DNA of 64,000 nt from an uncultured Candidatus Rokubacteria bacterium (lineage in GTDB: Bacteria; Methylomirabilota; Methylomirabilia; Rokubacteriales; DASRDR01): NCBI GenBank assembly GCA_963826115.1, contig CAWGVS010000005.1:1920001-1984000 (forward strand), read 5' to 3'. The stretch's first letter is position 1, and the number at the start of each line of letters is the position of its first letter. Both the position numbers and the translations under genes were made by a program. The notes under the pieces were generated by a model that saw nothing but the letters and a program-made list of their open reading frames with translations, had not been told where the DNA came from and searched no databases. Positions 10,253-20,226 of this stretch are shown here, piece after piece.

Positions 10253-11452
10253 CTACGCGCGTCGTTCGAGCAGCCCGGAGGTGATCCTCCTTCCCGCCGC
10301 GATCGCGGGAGCCTCGACCAGCCGATGCAGGAGCGCCGCCAGCGCGAGAGTCGTGAACCCGGCGAGCAGGAGTCGAACGTTGGGGGGAAGTCCGGTCCGC
10401 GCGAAGCCGTTGAGCACGTTCAGGTGGATCAGGTAGACGCCGAAGCTGATGCGGCCGACCCACGCCAGCGGGCGCCAGGAGAGGCCCCCTGCCAGCAGGC
10501 CGATCCCGCGTGGAAGAGCCACGAAAAGACAGCCCAGGATGAGGCCGATCCAGGGGATCCGGGCGTGCCAGAACGCCTCGTATTCGGGGGACGTCGCCGA
10601 GTACGAGGCGATCGAAGTCCCCGTCGTGATCGCATGGTAGACCGCAGGCACGGACGAGCAGACAAAGACGATCGCTGACAGCCAGGCGAGACATTCGAGT
10701 CCGATTCCGGCGCCGCGGCCCGGTCGACGGGCGCCGAGCTCGTTCGCGACGAACGCGGCGAACAGCCCCGCGACGAATATCGGCGCGTGGGCGTCGATCC
10801 CGAGCTCCAGGAGGAAGCCCTGTCGCAGGATCCCCCGCGCGACGCCGGCCAGCCACGCCGAGCCCACGAGGAGGACGAGCAGCCGCCCTCCCGGGATCCG
10901 GCCGATCGTGAGCGCGGTCAGCACCAGGAGAACCGGAAGCACGACGTAGAACCGCATCTCCACGACGATCGTCCAGAAGACACCCAGGCCCTCTTGAAAG
11001 GCCAGGTGTCGGAACAGGACGGAGAGCGCCGTCGTCTCGCCAAACGGATAGAAGCCCAGGACGAAGACGACGAGGACGACGCCGTAGTAGAGAGGAACGA
11101 TCCGACAGGCCCTTCTGATCCCGTAGGTCGCCCACTCTCGCCACGAGCGCGCCCGCTCGAGCTGCCGAAAGAAGAGGCCGCTGAGCAAGAAGGCACTGAG
11201 GAAGAAGAACAGGATCACGCCTCCCCGCCCCGCGCCCCTGAAGTTGAGGAGGGGCGGCAGCAAGCCGGCGTACGTCGCGTGCGCCGCGAAGACCCAGAGC
11301 GCCGCGATGCCACGGAGCCCGTCCAGGGACGCGTCCCGCGCAGCGCGAGCGGGGACGGGCGTGAAGTCCGGCGCCGGCGTGAAGGACGGGGTCAGGCTCG
11401 AACGCGACGGACCCGCTGGCTCGACATCCTCCGCGACCGCGGTGCCCCTCAC
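10253..11452 (-). CDS. Acyltransferase family 3 (OafA-like membrane O-acyltransferase)
   Basis: LDGLRGIAALWV..H, GV.LFF.LS.FL, R..RI.PLY, WTIVVEMRFY, G.ISFGVYLIH. Confidence 0.9.
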   Translation of the reverse strand: MRGTAVAEDVEPAGPSRSSLTPSFTPAPDFTPVPARAARDASLDGLRGIAALWVFAAHATYAGLLPPLLNFRGAGRGGVILFFFLSAFLLSGLFFRQLERARSWREWATYGIRRACRIVPLYYGVVLVVFVLGFYPFGETTALSVLFRHLAFQEGLGVFWTIVVEMRFYVVLPVLLVLTALTIGRIPGGRLLVLLVGSAWLAGVARGILRQGFLLELGIDAHAPIFVAGLFAAFVANELGARRPGRGAGIGLECLAWLSAIVFVCSSVPAVYHAITTGTSIASYSATSPEYEAFWHARIPWIGLILGCLFVALPRGIGLLAGGLSWRPLAWVGRISFGVYLIHLNVLNGFARTGLPPNVRLLLAGFTTLALAALLHRLVEAPAIAAGRRITSGLLERRA

Positions 11453-11509
11453 GGCAATCCGGGCTCTTGCGCGGAGCCCGCCGACCTGACGCGCCGAACG
11501 CGCACGGCC

Positions 11510-13792
11510 TCAGCCGCTGCGTTGCCGGAGGGCACGGTACACGCGCTCCGGCGTCATCGGGAGCTCCGTCATCCGCACGCCGGTCGCGTCCTTCACCGCG
11601 TTCGCGACCGCCGCGGATATGGGGATCGTGCCCGCCTCGCCGAGCCCTTTCGCCCCGAAGGGTCCGGCCTCGTCGACCGTCTCGATCAGCGTGATCAGGA
11701 TCTCGGGCATGTCCGGGGCGGTGAGGAGCTTGTAGTCGAGGAAGCCGGGATTCAGCACGCGGCCCTCCCGGAACCGGAGCTCCTCGGTGAGGCAGTACCC
11801 GAGCCCCATGTGGATGCCGCCCTCGATCTGGCCCTCGCACCCGACGGGGTTGAGCGCGCGCCCGACGTCGTGCGCCGAGGCGATCCGCACCACCTCGACC
11901 TTCCCGGTGGCCGCCTCCACCTCGACCAGCGCCGCCTGCGCGGCGAAGGCGTAGGTGACCGAGACGTTGCCCCGGAAGTCCTTGTCGAGCATCTGCGTCG
12001 GAGGGTCGTAGAAGGCCTGGCCCATCAGGATCCGGCCGCCCTCCCGGAAGTGGCCGGCCCGGACGACACGCTCGTACGCGATCCGGCGCTGTGGGGCGGC
12101 CGTCACGCAAACGTGCCCGTCGTCGACGTCCAGCGCGTCGGCCGGCTCGTCGAGCTGCTGGGCGGCCAGCGCGAGCAGCTGCCGCTTCACGTCCCGCGCC
12201 GCCAGCAGCGCGGCGTTGCCCGCGATGAACGTCGTGCGGCTCGCGTGGACGCCGACGTCCCAGGGCTTGAGCGCGGTGTCGCTGTTGACGACGTCGATTC
12301 GCCCGAACGGGATCCCGAGCTCCTCGGCCACGATCATCGCCAGAACCGTCTCCGACCCCTGCCCGATCTCGCTGGCCCCGGTGATCAGGGTGACTCGCCC
12401 GAAGTCGTCGAGCTTGACGATCGCGCCGCAGCCGTCGGAGCGGTAGACGCGCGCCCCGCCCGCGACGTGGAACATGCCGGCGTATCCGACCCCGCGCGTC
12501 CAGCCGGGCCGGAGGGGTCGGCCCACCGGGCCGCCGATGTCGCGGGCCACCGCGTCGAAGCACTCGACGAGGGCGCAGCTCGTGATCTTGAGGCCCTGCG
12601 GGGTGACGTCGCCCGAGCGGTTCGCGTTCCGGCGACGGATCTCCAGGCGGTCCAGGCCGAGCCGCTCGGCGAGGTCGTCCATCTGCGCCTCCACGGCGAA
12701 GGTGGACTCGAGGTTCCCGTACCCCCGCATCGAGCCGGAGTACACGTTGTTCGTGTAGACGATGGATGTGTCGAAGCGGATGTTCGGACACCGGTAGAAG
12801 CCGGCGAGCGTCGTCATCATCACGTACGGGGTCGTCGACCCCCACGACACGTACGCGCCGTTGTCGATCAGCACCCGGGCGTCCCGCGCCAGCAGGGTGC
12901 CGTCCGCGCGGGCCGCCGTGCGGAGCGTGAACACGCAGGGCTCCCGGGTCGGGCTCGCGAGGAACTCCTCTTCGCGGTCGAACACGATCTTCACCGGCCG
13001 GTGGACGTGTCGCGCCAGGAGCGCCGCGATCACGTCGATCGGATAGAGGTCGAGGCCCCGGCCGAAGTTGCCGCCCACCGGCGGCTGGATCACCCGGACG
13101 CGGTCGCCCGAGACACCGAGCGCCTCCGCCAGGTCCCGCTGGTAGAGGAACGGGATCTGCGTCGTCGACCACATCGTCAGGTTGCCCCGCGGGTCCCACT
13201 GGGCCATCGCGGCCATCGTCCCGATGCAGGCCGTGGTGACGTAGTTCAGGCGGTAGGTCCCCTCGACCACCGCGTCGGCCTCCCGGAAGGCACGGTCGAC
13301 GTCGCCCGCGTTGAACTTGTAGGCGAAGTTCACGAGGTTGCCCGGGAACTGCGCATGGATCCGCGGCGCATCCGGCCGGAGCGCCGCCTCCGGGTCGAAC
13401 ACCGCGGGCAGCTCCTCGTACTCGATCTCGATCAGCCGGCAGGCCTCCTCCGCGATCTCCTCGGTCTCGGCCGCGACCGCCGCGACCTCGTCCCGGATGC
13501 AGCGGACGACGTCGGGCTTCAGGGCGAGGTGGTCCTTGGCGTACCCGAACGGGCGCTGGTCGACGTTCCGGCCCGTGACGACCCCCAGGACTCCGGGGAG
13601 CGCCTCGGCGCGGGCGGTGTCGAGCCGCGCGATGCGGGCGTGGGGCATGCGCGTCCGGAGGATCTTGCCCCACACCATGCCGGGCACCTCGAGGTCCGGC
13701 AGGTACTGGACGCTGCCCGTCACCTTCTCGACCGCGTCGAGCTTGGCGACGCGGGTGCCGATGACGCGGAACGGCCGCGCGGCTTGGCTCAC
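11510..13792 (-). CDS. Xanthine dehydrogenase family molybdopterin-binding (large) subunit
   Basis: EKVTG, VGGNFG, SMRGYG, EIGQG, ASRTT, GQIEGG..MGLG, GPFGAKGLGE; GTGA overlap with the 2Fe-2S gene. Confidence 0.92.
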   Translation of the reverse strand: MSQAARPFRVIGTRVAKLDAVEKVTGSVQYLPDLEVPGMVWGKILRTRMPHARIARLDTARAEALPGVLGVVTGRNVDQRPFGYAKDHLALKPDVVRCIRDEVAAVAAETEEIAEEACRLIEIEYEELPAVFDPEAALRPDAPRIHAQFPGNLVNFAYKFNAGDVDRAFREADAVVEGTYRLNYVTTACIGTMAAMAQWDPRGNLTMWSTTQIPFLYQRDLAEALGVSGDRVRVIQPPVGGNFGRGLDLYPIDVIAALLARHVHRPVKIVFDREEEFLASPTREPCVFTLRTAARADGTLLARDARVLIDNGAYVSWGSTTPYVMMTTLAGFYRCPNIRFDTSIVYTNNVYSGSMRGYGNLESTFAVEAQMDDLAERLGLDRLEIRRRNANRSGDVTPQGLKITSCALVECFDAVARDIGGPVGRPLRPGWTRGVGYAGMFHVAGGARVYRSDGCGAIVKLDDFGRVTLITGASEIGQGSETVLAMIVAEELGIPFGRIDVVNSDTALKPWDVGVHASRTTFIAGNAALLAARDVKRQLLALAAQQLDEPADALDVDDGHVCVTAAPQRRIAYERVVRAGHFREGGRILMGQAFYDPPTQMLDKDFRGNVSVTYAFAAQAALVEVEAATGKVEVVRIASAHDVGRALNPVGCEGQIEGGIHMGLGYCLTEELRFREGRVLNPGFLDYKLLTAPDMPEILITLIETVDEAGPFGAKGLGEAGTIPISAAVANAVKDATGVRMTELPMTPERVYRALRQRSG

Positions 13793-14310
13793 GCGCGCGC
13801 CTCCCGCGCCTCGCGGATGCGCCGGGCGGCGAGCTCGACCGCGCGGACGATCTTGACGTAGCCGGTGCAGCGGCAGAGGTTCCCCTCGAGCCCGGCCCGG
13901 ATCTCCGCCTCGCTGGGGTCCGGCGTGGCCTCGAGGAGGCCCGCGGCCGCCATGATCATCCCTGCCGTGCAGAACCCGCACTGGGCGCCGCCCTCGTCGA
14001 GGAACCCCTGCTGGACCGGGTGGAGGGTCGGCGGCCGGGCGTCCGAGCGCGCGTGCCAGCGTGCGGCGAGTCCCTCGACCGTCGTCACGTCGCCGCCGTC
14101 GACGTCGAGCGCCAGGAGGAGGCACGCGGTGACCGGCCGCCCGTCGAGCAGGACCGTGCACGCGCCGCAGTCGCCCGTGTCGCACGCGAGGTTCGTTCCG
14201 GTGAGGCGGAGGTCTCCGCGGAGGAGCTCCAGGAGCGTCCGGGAGCCCGGGACCTCGCGGTGGACCCGTCGCCCGTTGACCGTCAGCTCGAGCGGGTACC
14301 CGTCCACCAC
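13789..14310 (-). CDS. Xanthine dehydrogenase family (2Fe-2S) small subunit
   Basis: CDTGDCGACTV..C, QCGFCTAG, GNLCRCTGY. Confidence 0.92.
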   Translation of the reverse strand: MVDGYPLELTVNGRRVHREVPGSRTLLELLRGDLRLTGTNLACDTGDCGACTVLLDGRPVTACLLLALDVDGGDVTTVEGLAARWHARSDARPPTLHPVQQGFLDEGGAQCGFCTAGMIMAAAGLLEATPDPSEAEIRAGLEGNLCRCTGYVKIVRAVELAARRIREAREARA

Positions 14311-14317
14311 GGTCCCC

Positions 14318-15169
14318 TCACCCGCCGGCGAGCGCCCGCCGGACCAGGGCGCCCACCATCTCGCGGCGGTACTCGGCCGTCGCGCGCACGTCGTCGACCG
14401 GTCGCGCCGCCGCCATCGCGAGCTCAGCGGCACGCTCGACGCCGGGCGGCCCCAGCCCGCCGTCCACGAGCGCGCGCTCGGCCTCCGGCACGCGAACCGG
14501 CGTGGGCGCCACGGCGCCGAGCGCCAGGCGCGCCTCGGCGACGCGGCCCCCGTCATGGCGGAGCGCCAGCGCGACCGCGGCGATGGCGATGTCCATTGCG
14601 CGCCTGACGTCGAGGCGCTCGTAGCGAACGGTCCACCCGGCGTGCTTCCGGGGAATCTCCACCCAGGCCAGCAGCTCGCCCGTCTGGAGCGCCGTCTGTC
14701 CCGGGCCACGGAAGAAGCGGTCGAGCGAGAGCCGTCGCGGCCCCGAGGGGCCCACGACGCCGACCTCGGCGTCCAGCACGAGCAGCACCGGGGAGAGATC
14801 GGCCGCCGGCGACGCGTTACAGAGATTCCCGCCGACCGTCGCGAGGTGCCGGATCGCCGGCGAGCCCATGTAGCGCGCCGTGAACGGCAGCACCGGATAC
14901 TCGGCGCGAACGATCGGATGCTCCAGGAGCGCCGTGAGGGTCGTGAGCGCGCCGATGCGGATCGCGCGCTCGCCCGCGTCGATCCGGTCGAGTCCGGGGA
15001 TGTGCCGGACGCTGATCACCGCGGGGGGCCGCTTCCCCCGCTGGGTCTGCCGCAGGTGGACCATGAGGTCGGTACCGCCCGCGAGGACGGCGGCGCGCGG
15101 CTCCGCGGCGAGGAGCCGGCACGCGTCCTCGAGCGTGGCCGGGCGATGATACGCGAACGAGGGCCTCAG
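14318..15169 (-). CDS. Xanthine dehydrogenase family FAD-binding (medium) subunit; probable CTG start
   Basis: F.YHRP.TLE.A, AGGTDL, ATVGGNLCNASPAAD, DVRATAEYR; GAGGAGG directly before in-frame CTG. Confidence 0.88.
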   Translation of the reverse strand: MRPSFAYHRPATLEDACRLLAAEPRAAVLAGGTDLMVHLRQTQRGKRPPAVISVRHIPGLDRIDAGERAIRIGALTTLTALLEHPIVRAEYPVLPFTARYMGSPAIRHLATVGGNLCNASPAADLSPVLLVLDAEVGVVGPSGPRRLSLDRFFRGPGQTALQTGELLAWVEIPRKHAGWTVRYERLDVRRAMDIAIAAVALALRHDGGRVAEARLALGAVAPTPVRVPEAERALVDGGLGPPGVERAAELAMAAARPVDDVRATAEYRREMVGALVRRALAGG

Positions 15170-15200
15170 GCGTCCTCCTCGGCGGTCGGTCGGCGCCAGT

Positions 15201-15887
15201 CTAGCACCGCCCATCCGGGACGACGTTTCGCGCTCGGCGCGAATCGATACGGAAGGACCCGTCCGGCTCGAGCCGAATACCGCCCGAGGCGAAATATCGC
15301 CGCCACGGACCCAGGGCCCAGTACCCCACCGCCCCGTGGACGTGCGCCGCCATCTGATCGGCCAACGCGAACGAGCGCCTGTTCCACCAGGCGGCGAGCC
15401 ACACCCAGCGCCGGACGCCGGCGGCTCGGGCGCGCAGGGCGGTGTCGTGCATGACGGCGCCCGCGACGCCACGACCGCGGAAGACGGGCGCCGTGTAGAT
15501 GCCCACGACGATCTGGCTACCATGCCCGGGCCGGAGGACCCGCCCGAGATACGGGAGGTGGACCGGCACGAGGCTGTCCCAGCGGGCGTGGGCAAGCTCG
15601 CGCCCCCACCAGCCCAGCGTGCACTGTTGCCCTTCATCGAGACGCCGGGCAATCTCCTCGCGGGTCATCGCGGGATTGAGCGCGCGGAGCGCGGGCAGGT
15701 CGGCGGGCGCGAGCGTGGCCATCCGGATCTCCGGTCGCGACGGATGATCGAGCGCCAAGCCGTGCAGGTCGGCCGCGAAGCCGAGATACCGACGGCAGAC
15801 GAGCCACAGTGGCGCGATCCTGAGAACCTCACCCCACCCGATGTCCATCGAGACGTCTTGGACCCGGCGAAACGTCGCGGAAGCCAT
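15201..15887 (-). CDS. GNAT family N-acetyltransferase-like protein
   Basis: YTAPVFRGRGVA acetyl-CoA-binding motif A, and N..S motif. Confidence 0.7.
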   Translation of the reverse strand: MASATFRRVQDVSMDIGWGEVLRIAPLWLVCRRYLGFAADLHGLALDHPSRPEIRMATLAPADLPALRALNPAMTREEIARRLDEGQQCTLGWWGRELAHARWDSLVPVHLPYLGRVLRPGHGSQIVVGIYTAPVFRGRGVAGAVMHDTALRARAAGVRRWVWLAAWWNRRSFALADQMAAHVHGAVGYWALGPWRRYFASGGIRLEPDGSFRIDSRRARNVVPDGRC

Positions 15888-17084
15888 TCAGACGATGATC
15901 CCGCGCTCCCGCAGGACGCCGATCCGCTCGGCCGGATACCCGAGGAGGTCCCGGAGCACCGGATCGGTGTCCTGCCCCAGCGCGCGCGGCGCGGCGGGGC
16001 GGAACGGCGGCGCGCCGTCCGGTCTCACCGGCGTCCCCAGGGTCCTGAGCCTTCCGAGCGAGGGGTGGTCCAGGTCCACCACCATCTCGCGGAGCAGCAC
16101 CTGGGGGTCGCTGACGACCTGGTCCACCGAGTTGATCGGCGCGACGGGCACGCCCTCCTGCTGGAGCCGGGCGAGCCACTCGGCGGTCGTGCGCGACGGG
16201 AAGACGGCCTCGAGCGTCGGGACCAGTTCCGCGCGGCGCTCCACGCGCTTCGGGTTCGAGTCGAACCGGGGGTCGGTCGCGAGGTCGGGGCGCTCGATCG
16301 CCCGGCAGAACCCCGTCCAAAACTTCTCGGCGAAGACGGCGACGACGACGTGGCCGTCCCGCGTGGAGAAGGCCTGGTAGGGCACGACCGACGCGTGCCC
16401 CGAGCCGACCCGCCCCGGCACGCGCCCGTCCGCCCAGAAGTACTGGGCGACGTAGGTCAGGAGCGACACCTGGCAGTCGAGAAGCGAGAGGTCGAAGTGC
16501 GTCCCCTCGCCCGTCTGGGCGCGCCGGAAGAGCGCGCTCGCCACCGCGAGCGCGCCGAACATCCCGCCCGCCAGGTCGCCCATGGGCAGGCCCATCCGCG
16601 CGGGCGCACGGCCCGCCTCGCCGGTGAGGCTCATCGCGCCGCCCATGGCCTGGAGGGCAAGGTCGAACGCCGGCCACTCCCGGTACGGCCCCTCCTGGCC
16701 GAAGGCGGAGATCGAGCACACCACGAGGCGGGGGTTGAGCCGCCGGAGGGTCGCGGGCGCGCAGCCGAGCCGCTCCATCACCCCGGGGCGGAAGTTCTCC
16801 CACACGACATCCGACACGCGGCAGAGGTCGTGCAAGACGTCCCGGCCCTCGGGCGTCTCGAGGTCGAGGGCCACGCTCTTCTTGTTCCGGTTGATGGACA
16901 GGAAGTACGCGCTCTCGCGCTCGGGCCCGAGGAACGGCGGCCCCATCGCGCGCATCGGGTCGCCGCCCCGGGGGTCCTCGATCTTGATGACCTCCGCGCC
17001 CAGGTCGGCCAGGAGCATCGAGCCGTAGGGCCCGGCCAGCATGCGGGAGAGGTCCAGGACCCGGACGCCGGCGAGGAGCATCAC
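15888..17084 (-). CDS. Family III CoA-transferase (CaiB/BaiF)
   Basis: LAGVRVLDLSRMLAGP, DLGAEVIKIE, NRNKKS, ENFRPG, GDLAGG. Confidence 0.93.
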   Translation of the reverse strand: MMLLAGVRVLDLSRMLAGPYGSMLLADLGAEVIKIEDPRGGDPMRAMGPPFLGPERESAYFLSINRNKKSVALDLETPEGRDVLHDLCRVSDVVWENFRPGVMERLGCAPATLRRLNPRLVVCSISAFGQEGPYREWPAFDLALQAMGGAMSLTGEAGRAPARMGLPMGDLAGGMFGALAVASALFRRAQTGEGTHFDLSLLDCQVSLLTYVAQYFWADGRVPGRVGSGHASVVPYQAFSTRDGHVVVAVFAEKFWTGFCRAIERPDLATDPRFDSNPKRVERRAELVPTLEAVFPSRTTAEWLARLQQEGVPVAPINSVDQVVSDPQVLLREMVVDLDHPSLGRLRTLGTPVRPDGAPPFRPAAPRALGQDTDPVLRDLLGYPAERIGVLRERGIIV

Positions 17085-17088
17085 GCTG

Positions 17089-17856
17089 TCAGCGCCGGCG
17101 CGCCAGCACGTCGTAGGACGGCTGGTGGGCCTGGAACGAGACGCCGGGGCCGTCGTAGAGGTCGGTGACGACCACCACGTCGAACCCGTGGCGCCGGAGC
17201 GCGGCCTCGATCTCCTCCACGGTGTGAAGACGCATCACGTGGCGCTCGCGCGCGACGTGCTCCGGCGTCTCCAGCGTGAGGTCAACCGTCAGGGTCCGCG
17301 CGTCGTCGTCGAACCGGCCGCGGCTGTCGGCCACGACGCGGCCGCCCGCCACCATCCGCGAGTTCCGGAAGGTGTAGCGACGCCGGCCGTCAGGCGTGAT
17401 GAAGTCGAACAGGAAGAGGCCGCCGGGACGGAGGCGGGCCCGGAGCGCTTCGAGGAAGACCTCGAGCCCGCCGTCCTGCGCTCCCACGTACGCGACAACG
17501 TCGTCGATCGCGGTCACCAGGTCGAAAGTCGGTGCGGCACGGAGGCAGTCGAGGGTGCCGCACACCCGGACGAGGCGGCCCTCCGTCCCGCCGAGCCGCG
17601 CGCGCACCAGCATCGCGTGGAGCAGGTCGAGACACAGCGACCGGTACCCGGCGCGCGCCCAGTACCGGCTGTACCGGCAGGTCCCGGCGCCCACGTCCAG
17701 GTGGCGCCCGCCGACGAGACCGGCGGACGCGACGAGCCGGGAGGAGCTCACGAACCAGCGCCGGATCCCCCGTGGCTCGAACAGCTGCGCGAAATACGGC
17801 GCGAGGGTCGCGTACGGCCGCTCGGCGGGCGAGGTCACCGGGGCGAGCGCGCTCAC
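17089..17856 (-). CDS. Class I SAM-dependent methyltransferase
   Basis: LDVGAGT, FDLVTA, LRPGGLFLFD; GTGA overlap at 17853-17856. Confidence 0.82.
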   Translation of the reverse strand: MSALAPVTSPAERPYATLAPYFAQLFEPRGIRRWFVSSSRLVASAGLVGGRHLDVGAGTCRYSRYWARAGYRSLCLDLLHAMLVRARLGGTEGRLVRVCGTLDCLRAAPTFDLVTAIDDVVAYVGAQDGGLEVFLEALRARLRPGGLFLFDFITPDGRRRYTFRNSRMVAGGRVVADSRGRFDDDARTLTVDLTLETPEHVARERHVMRLHTVEEIEAALRRHGFDVVVVTDLYDGPGVSFQAHQPSYDVLARRR

Positions 17857-18584
17857 CGGACGCGACCGCAGACGGTGAGGACGACCTGCGCGCAGAGGAA
17901 CCGGCCCGCCCGGTCCGCGTCGATCAGGCTCTCCACCCACCTCGCCGCGTCCGCGGCGGAGACCGCGCCGGCCTTGGCGGCACGCTCGGCCTTGTCGCGA
18001 AGCTTCAGCACCTCTTCGTCGTACTCCGTCGCGACGGCCGCGTAGGGCGTCACCGAGACCGCGTCGAGGCCCGCGTCGAGGAACAGCCCCGGGAGCTTCC
18101 GCCCCACGCGACCGCTCTCCATGCGGTCCGAGTGGTGCGCCAGGATCCGGCGCGTGACCTCGGCGTCGGCCGCCTCGACCACCAGGGTGTCGTAGTCCGT
18201 ATCGCTGACCGCGATCCGCCCGCCGCCTCTCGTCACGCGCGCCATCTCGGCGAGCGCCTTCGGCGGGTCCGTCAGGTGGTGAAACACGCGGTCGGCCCGG
18301 CACGCGTCGAACGTCCGGTCCTCGAAGGGGAGCGCGTACGCGTCGGCGACGCGGAAGTCCACGGGCCGGGGAAGGCCGAGTGTCTGCGCCCGAGCCTCGC
18401 GGACCTTGTCCTCGGTCCAGTCGATCCCGATCACGGAGACACCGCGAACCAGGCCGGCGATCGCCCGGACGTCCTCCCCGGTGCCGCAGCCGACGTCCAG
18501 GACCTGGTCCCCCTCGGCCAGCGTCAGGAGCTCGAAGCTCCGCGCCTTGTAGCCGAGCCAGGCAGCCTCCGCGGTGCGCCCCAT
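17853..18584 (-). CDS. Class I SAM-dependent methyltransferase (UbiE-like fold)
   Basis: VLDVGCGTG, DAYALPF..FDACRA, EMARVTRGGG, DTDYD. Confidence 0.85.
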   Translation of the reverse strand: MGRTAEAAWLGYKARSFELLTLAEGDQVLDVGCGTGEDVRAIAGLVRGVSVIGIDWTEDKVREARAQTLGLPRPVDFRVADAYALPFEDRTFDACRADRVFHHLTDPPKALAEMARVTRGGGRIAVSDTDYDTLVVEAADAEVTRRILAHHSDRMESGRVGRKLPGLFLDAGLDAVSVTPYAAVATEYDEEVLKLRDKAERAAKAGAVSAADAARWVESLIDADRAGRFLCAQVVLTVCGRVR

Positions 18585-18588
18585 CTTG

Positions 18589-20214
18589 TCAGAACGCGGT
18601 GGGTTCCTTGTGCTCGCCCCACACGTCGCGGAGGGCGCCAGCCATCTCTCCGAGCGTGGCGTAAGCCCGCACCGCCTCCAGGATCGGCGGCATGAGGTTG
18701 TCACGGCCCCGCGCCGTGTCGCGGAGACGCCCCAGCGTTCCGTCCACCGCGCCCTGGTCCCGCTCGCGGCGAAGGCGCCGGAGCCGGGCGACCTGCGCCT
18801 CGGCCACGCCCGGATCGGACGCGTAGAGCTCGATCGCGTCCGACGTCTCGCGCCCGGCGTCGGGAGCGACGTGGCGGTTCACCCCGACCTTCGGGTACTC
18901 CCCGGACAGCATCATCTGCTCGAACCGGTAGGCCTGCCGGGCGACCTCCGCCTGGATCGCGCCCGACTTCACGCCCTCGACGATGCCGCCCATGCGCTCG
19001 ACCCGCTCCATCTCGACCCGGATCCGCGCCTCCATCTCGTTCGTGAGCGCCTCGACGAAGTACGATCCGGCGAGCGGGTCGACGGTGTCCGCCACCCCCG
19101 TCTCCTCCGCGCAGATCTGCATCGTGCGGAGCGCGATCAGCTGGGCCTTGGGCGACGGGATGGTGTAGGCCTCGTCGTACGTCGGCAAGGCGCTCGTCTG
19201 ACACCCCGAGAGCGCCGCCGCGAGGCTGTAGTAGGCGCCGCGCACGATGTTGTTCTCGGGCTCCTGCACCGTGAAGCCGGAGCCGCCGCCGCCGATCAGC
19301 GAGCGGAACATCATCGACCGCGGGTTCTTCGCCCCGAAGCGCTCCTTCATGAGCCGCGCGTACAGCCGCCGGCCGGCCCGGAACTTCGCGACCTCCTCGA
19401 ACAGCCTGCCCCAGCACGTGAAATTGAACGACAGACGGGGCGCGAACTCGTCGACCGGCAGGCCGCGCTTCACCAGGAGGTCGGTGTAGGCGGCGACGAT
19501 CAGGAGCCCGTAGGCCATCTCCTGGGCCGGCGTGCACCCGGCCTCGCGGATGTGGTAGCCGCAGACCGAGATCGGGTTGACCTTCGGCGCGTGCCGCGCG
19601 CAGAACTCGGCGATGTCGCAGACGAGGCGGAGCGAGGGGTCCACGGGGTAGACCCACGTCCCGCGCGCGACGAACTCCTTGAGGATGTCGTTCTGGGGCG
19701 TGGTGACGACGCGATCCCAGGCAACGCCCTGCTTCTCGGCGACCACCAGGAACATCGCCTGGATGAAGGCCGCCATGGAGTTGATCGTGAACGAGATGGA
19801 GACCCGATCGGCCGCGATGCCGTCGAACGCCTCCTCCATGTCGAGGAGGGAGTCGATCGCCATCCCCACCCGGCCGACCTCGCCCTCCGCGCGGGGGTCG
19901 TCGGAGTCGAGACCGAGCTGCGTGGGCAGATCGAACGCGACGTTGAGCGCGTCCTGGCCGTGGGCCATCAGGTACTTGAAGCGGGCGTTCGTCTCCGCGG
20001 GGGTCCCGAAGCCGACGTACTGGCGCATCGTCCACACCCGCGAGCGGTACATGTGCGGGTGGATCCCGCGGGTGAAGGGGTACTCGCCGGGGTCGCCGAG
20101 ATCGCGACCGTAGTCGAGCCCGGCGAGGTCAGCGGGCCCGTAGACGGGCTTCACCTCGATGCCGTCGAGATAGGTGACGTCCCTCGGCTTCTTCTCCCCG
20201 CGCGGCTCCGCCAT
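18589..20214 (-). CDS. Acyl-CoA mutase (methylmalonyl-CoA mutase family) substrate-binding large subunit
   Basis: [60 protein letters not shown]. Confidence 0.93.
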   Translation of the reverse strand: MAEPRGEKKPRDVTYLDGIEVKPVYGPADLAGLDYGRDLGDPGEYPFTRGIHPHMYRSRVWTMRQYVGFGTPAETNARFKYLMAHGQDALNVAFDLPTQLGLDSDDPRAEGEVGRVGMAIDSLLDMEEAFDGIAADRVSISFTINSMAAFIQAMFLVVAEKQGVAWDRVVTTPQNDILKEFVARGTWVYPVDPSLRLVCDIAEFCARHAPKVNPISVCGYHIREAGCTPAQEMAYGLLIVAAYTDLLVKRGLPVDEFAPRLSFNFTCWGRLFEEVAKFRAGRRLYARLMKERFGAKNPRSMMFRSLIGGGGSGFTVQEPENNIVRGAYYSLAAALSGCQTSALPTYDEAYTIPSPKAQLIALRTMQICAEETGVADTVDPLAGSYFVEALTNEMEARIRVEMERVERMGGIVEGVKSGAIQAEVARQAYRFEQMMLSGEYPKVGVNRHVAPDAGRETSDAIELYASDPGVAEAQVARLRRLRRERDQGAVDGTLGRLRDTARGRDNLMPPILEAVRAYATLGEMAGALRDVWGEHKEPTAF

Positions 20215-20226
20215 CGGCCCGCCCTC

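Noticed and set aside
8895-13673. 1592-aa ORF as a giant protein
   Set aside because: Only the last ~378 aa (GT4) are real. The rest is an Arg/Gly/Pro-rich off-frame reading of the XDH and acyltransferase genes, expected at this GC content.
11510-15169. 4-hydroxybenzoyl-CoA reductase or aerobic CO dehydrogenase assignment
   Set aside because: There is no 4Fe-4S insertion in the FAD subunit and no AYxCSFR motif in the large subunit.
18589-20214. Isobutyryl-CoA or 2-hydroxyisobutyryl-CoA mutase
   Set aside because: The specificity residue is Tyr (RQY), not Phe or Ile, and the carboxylate-binding Arg is present.
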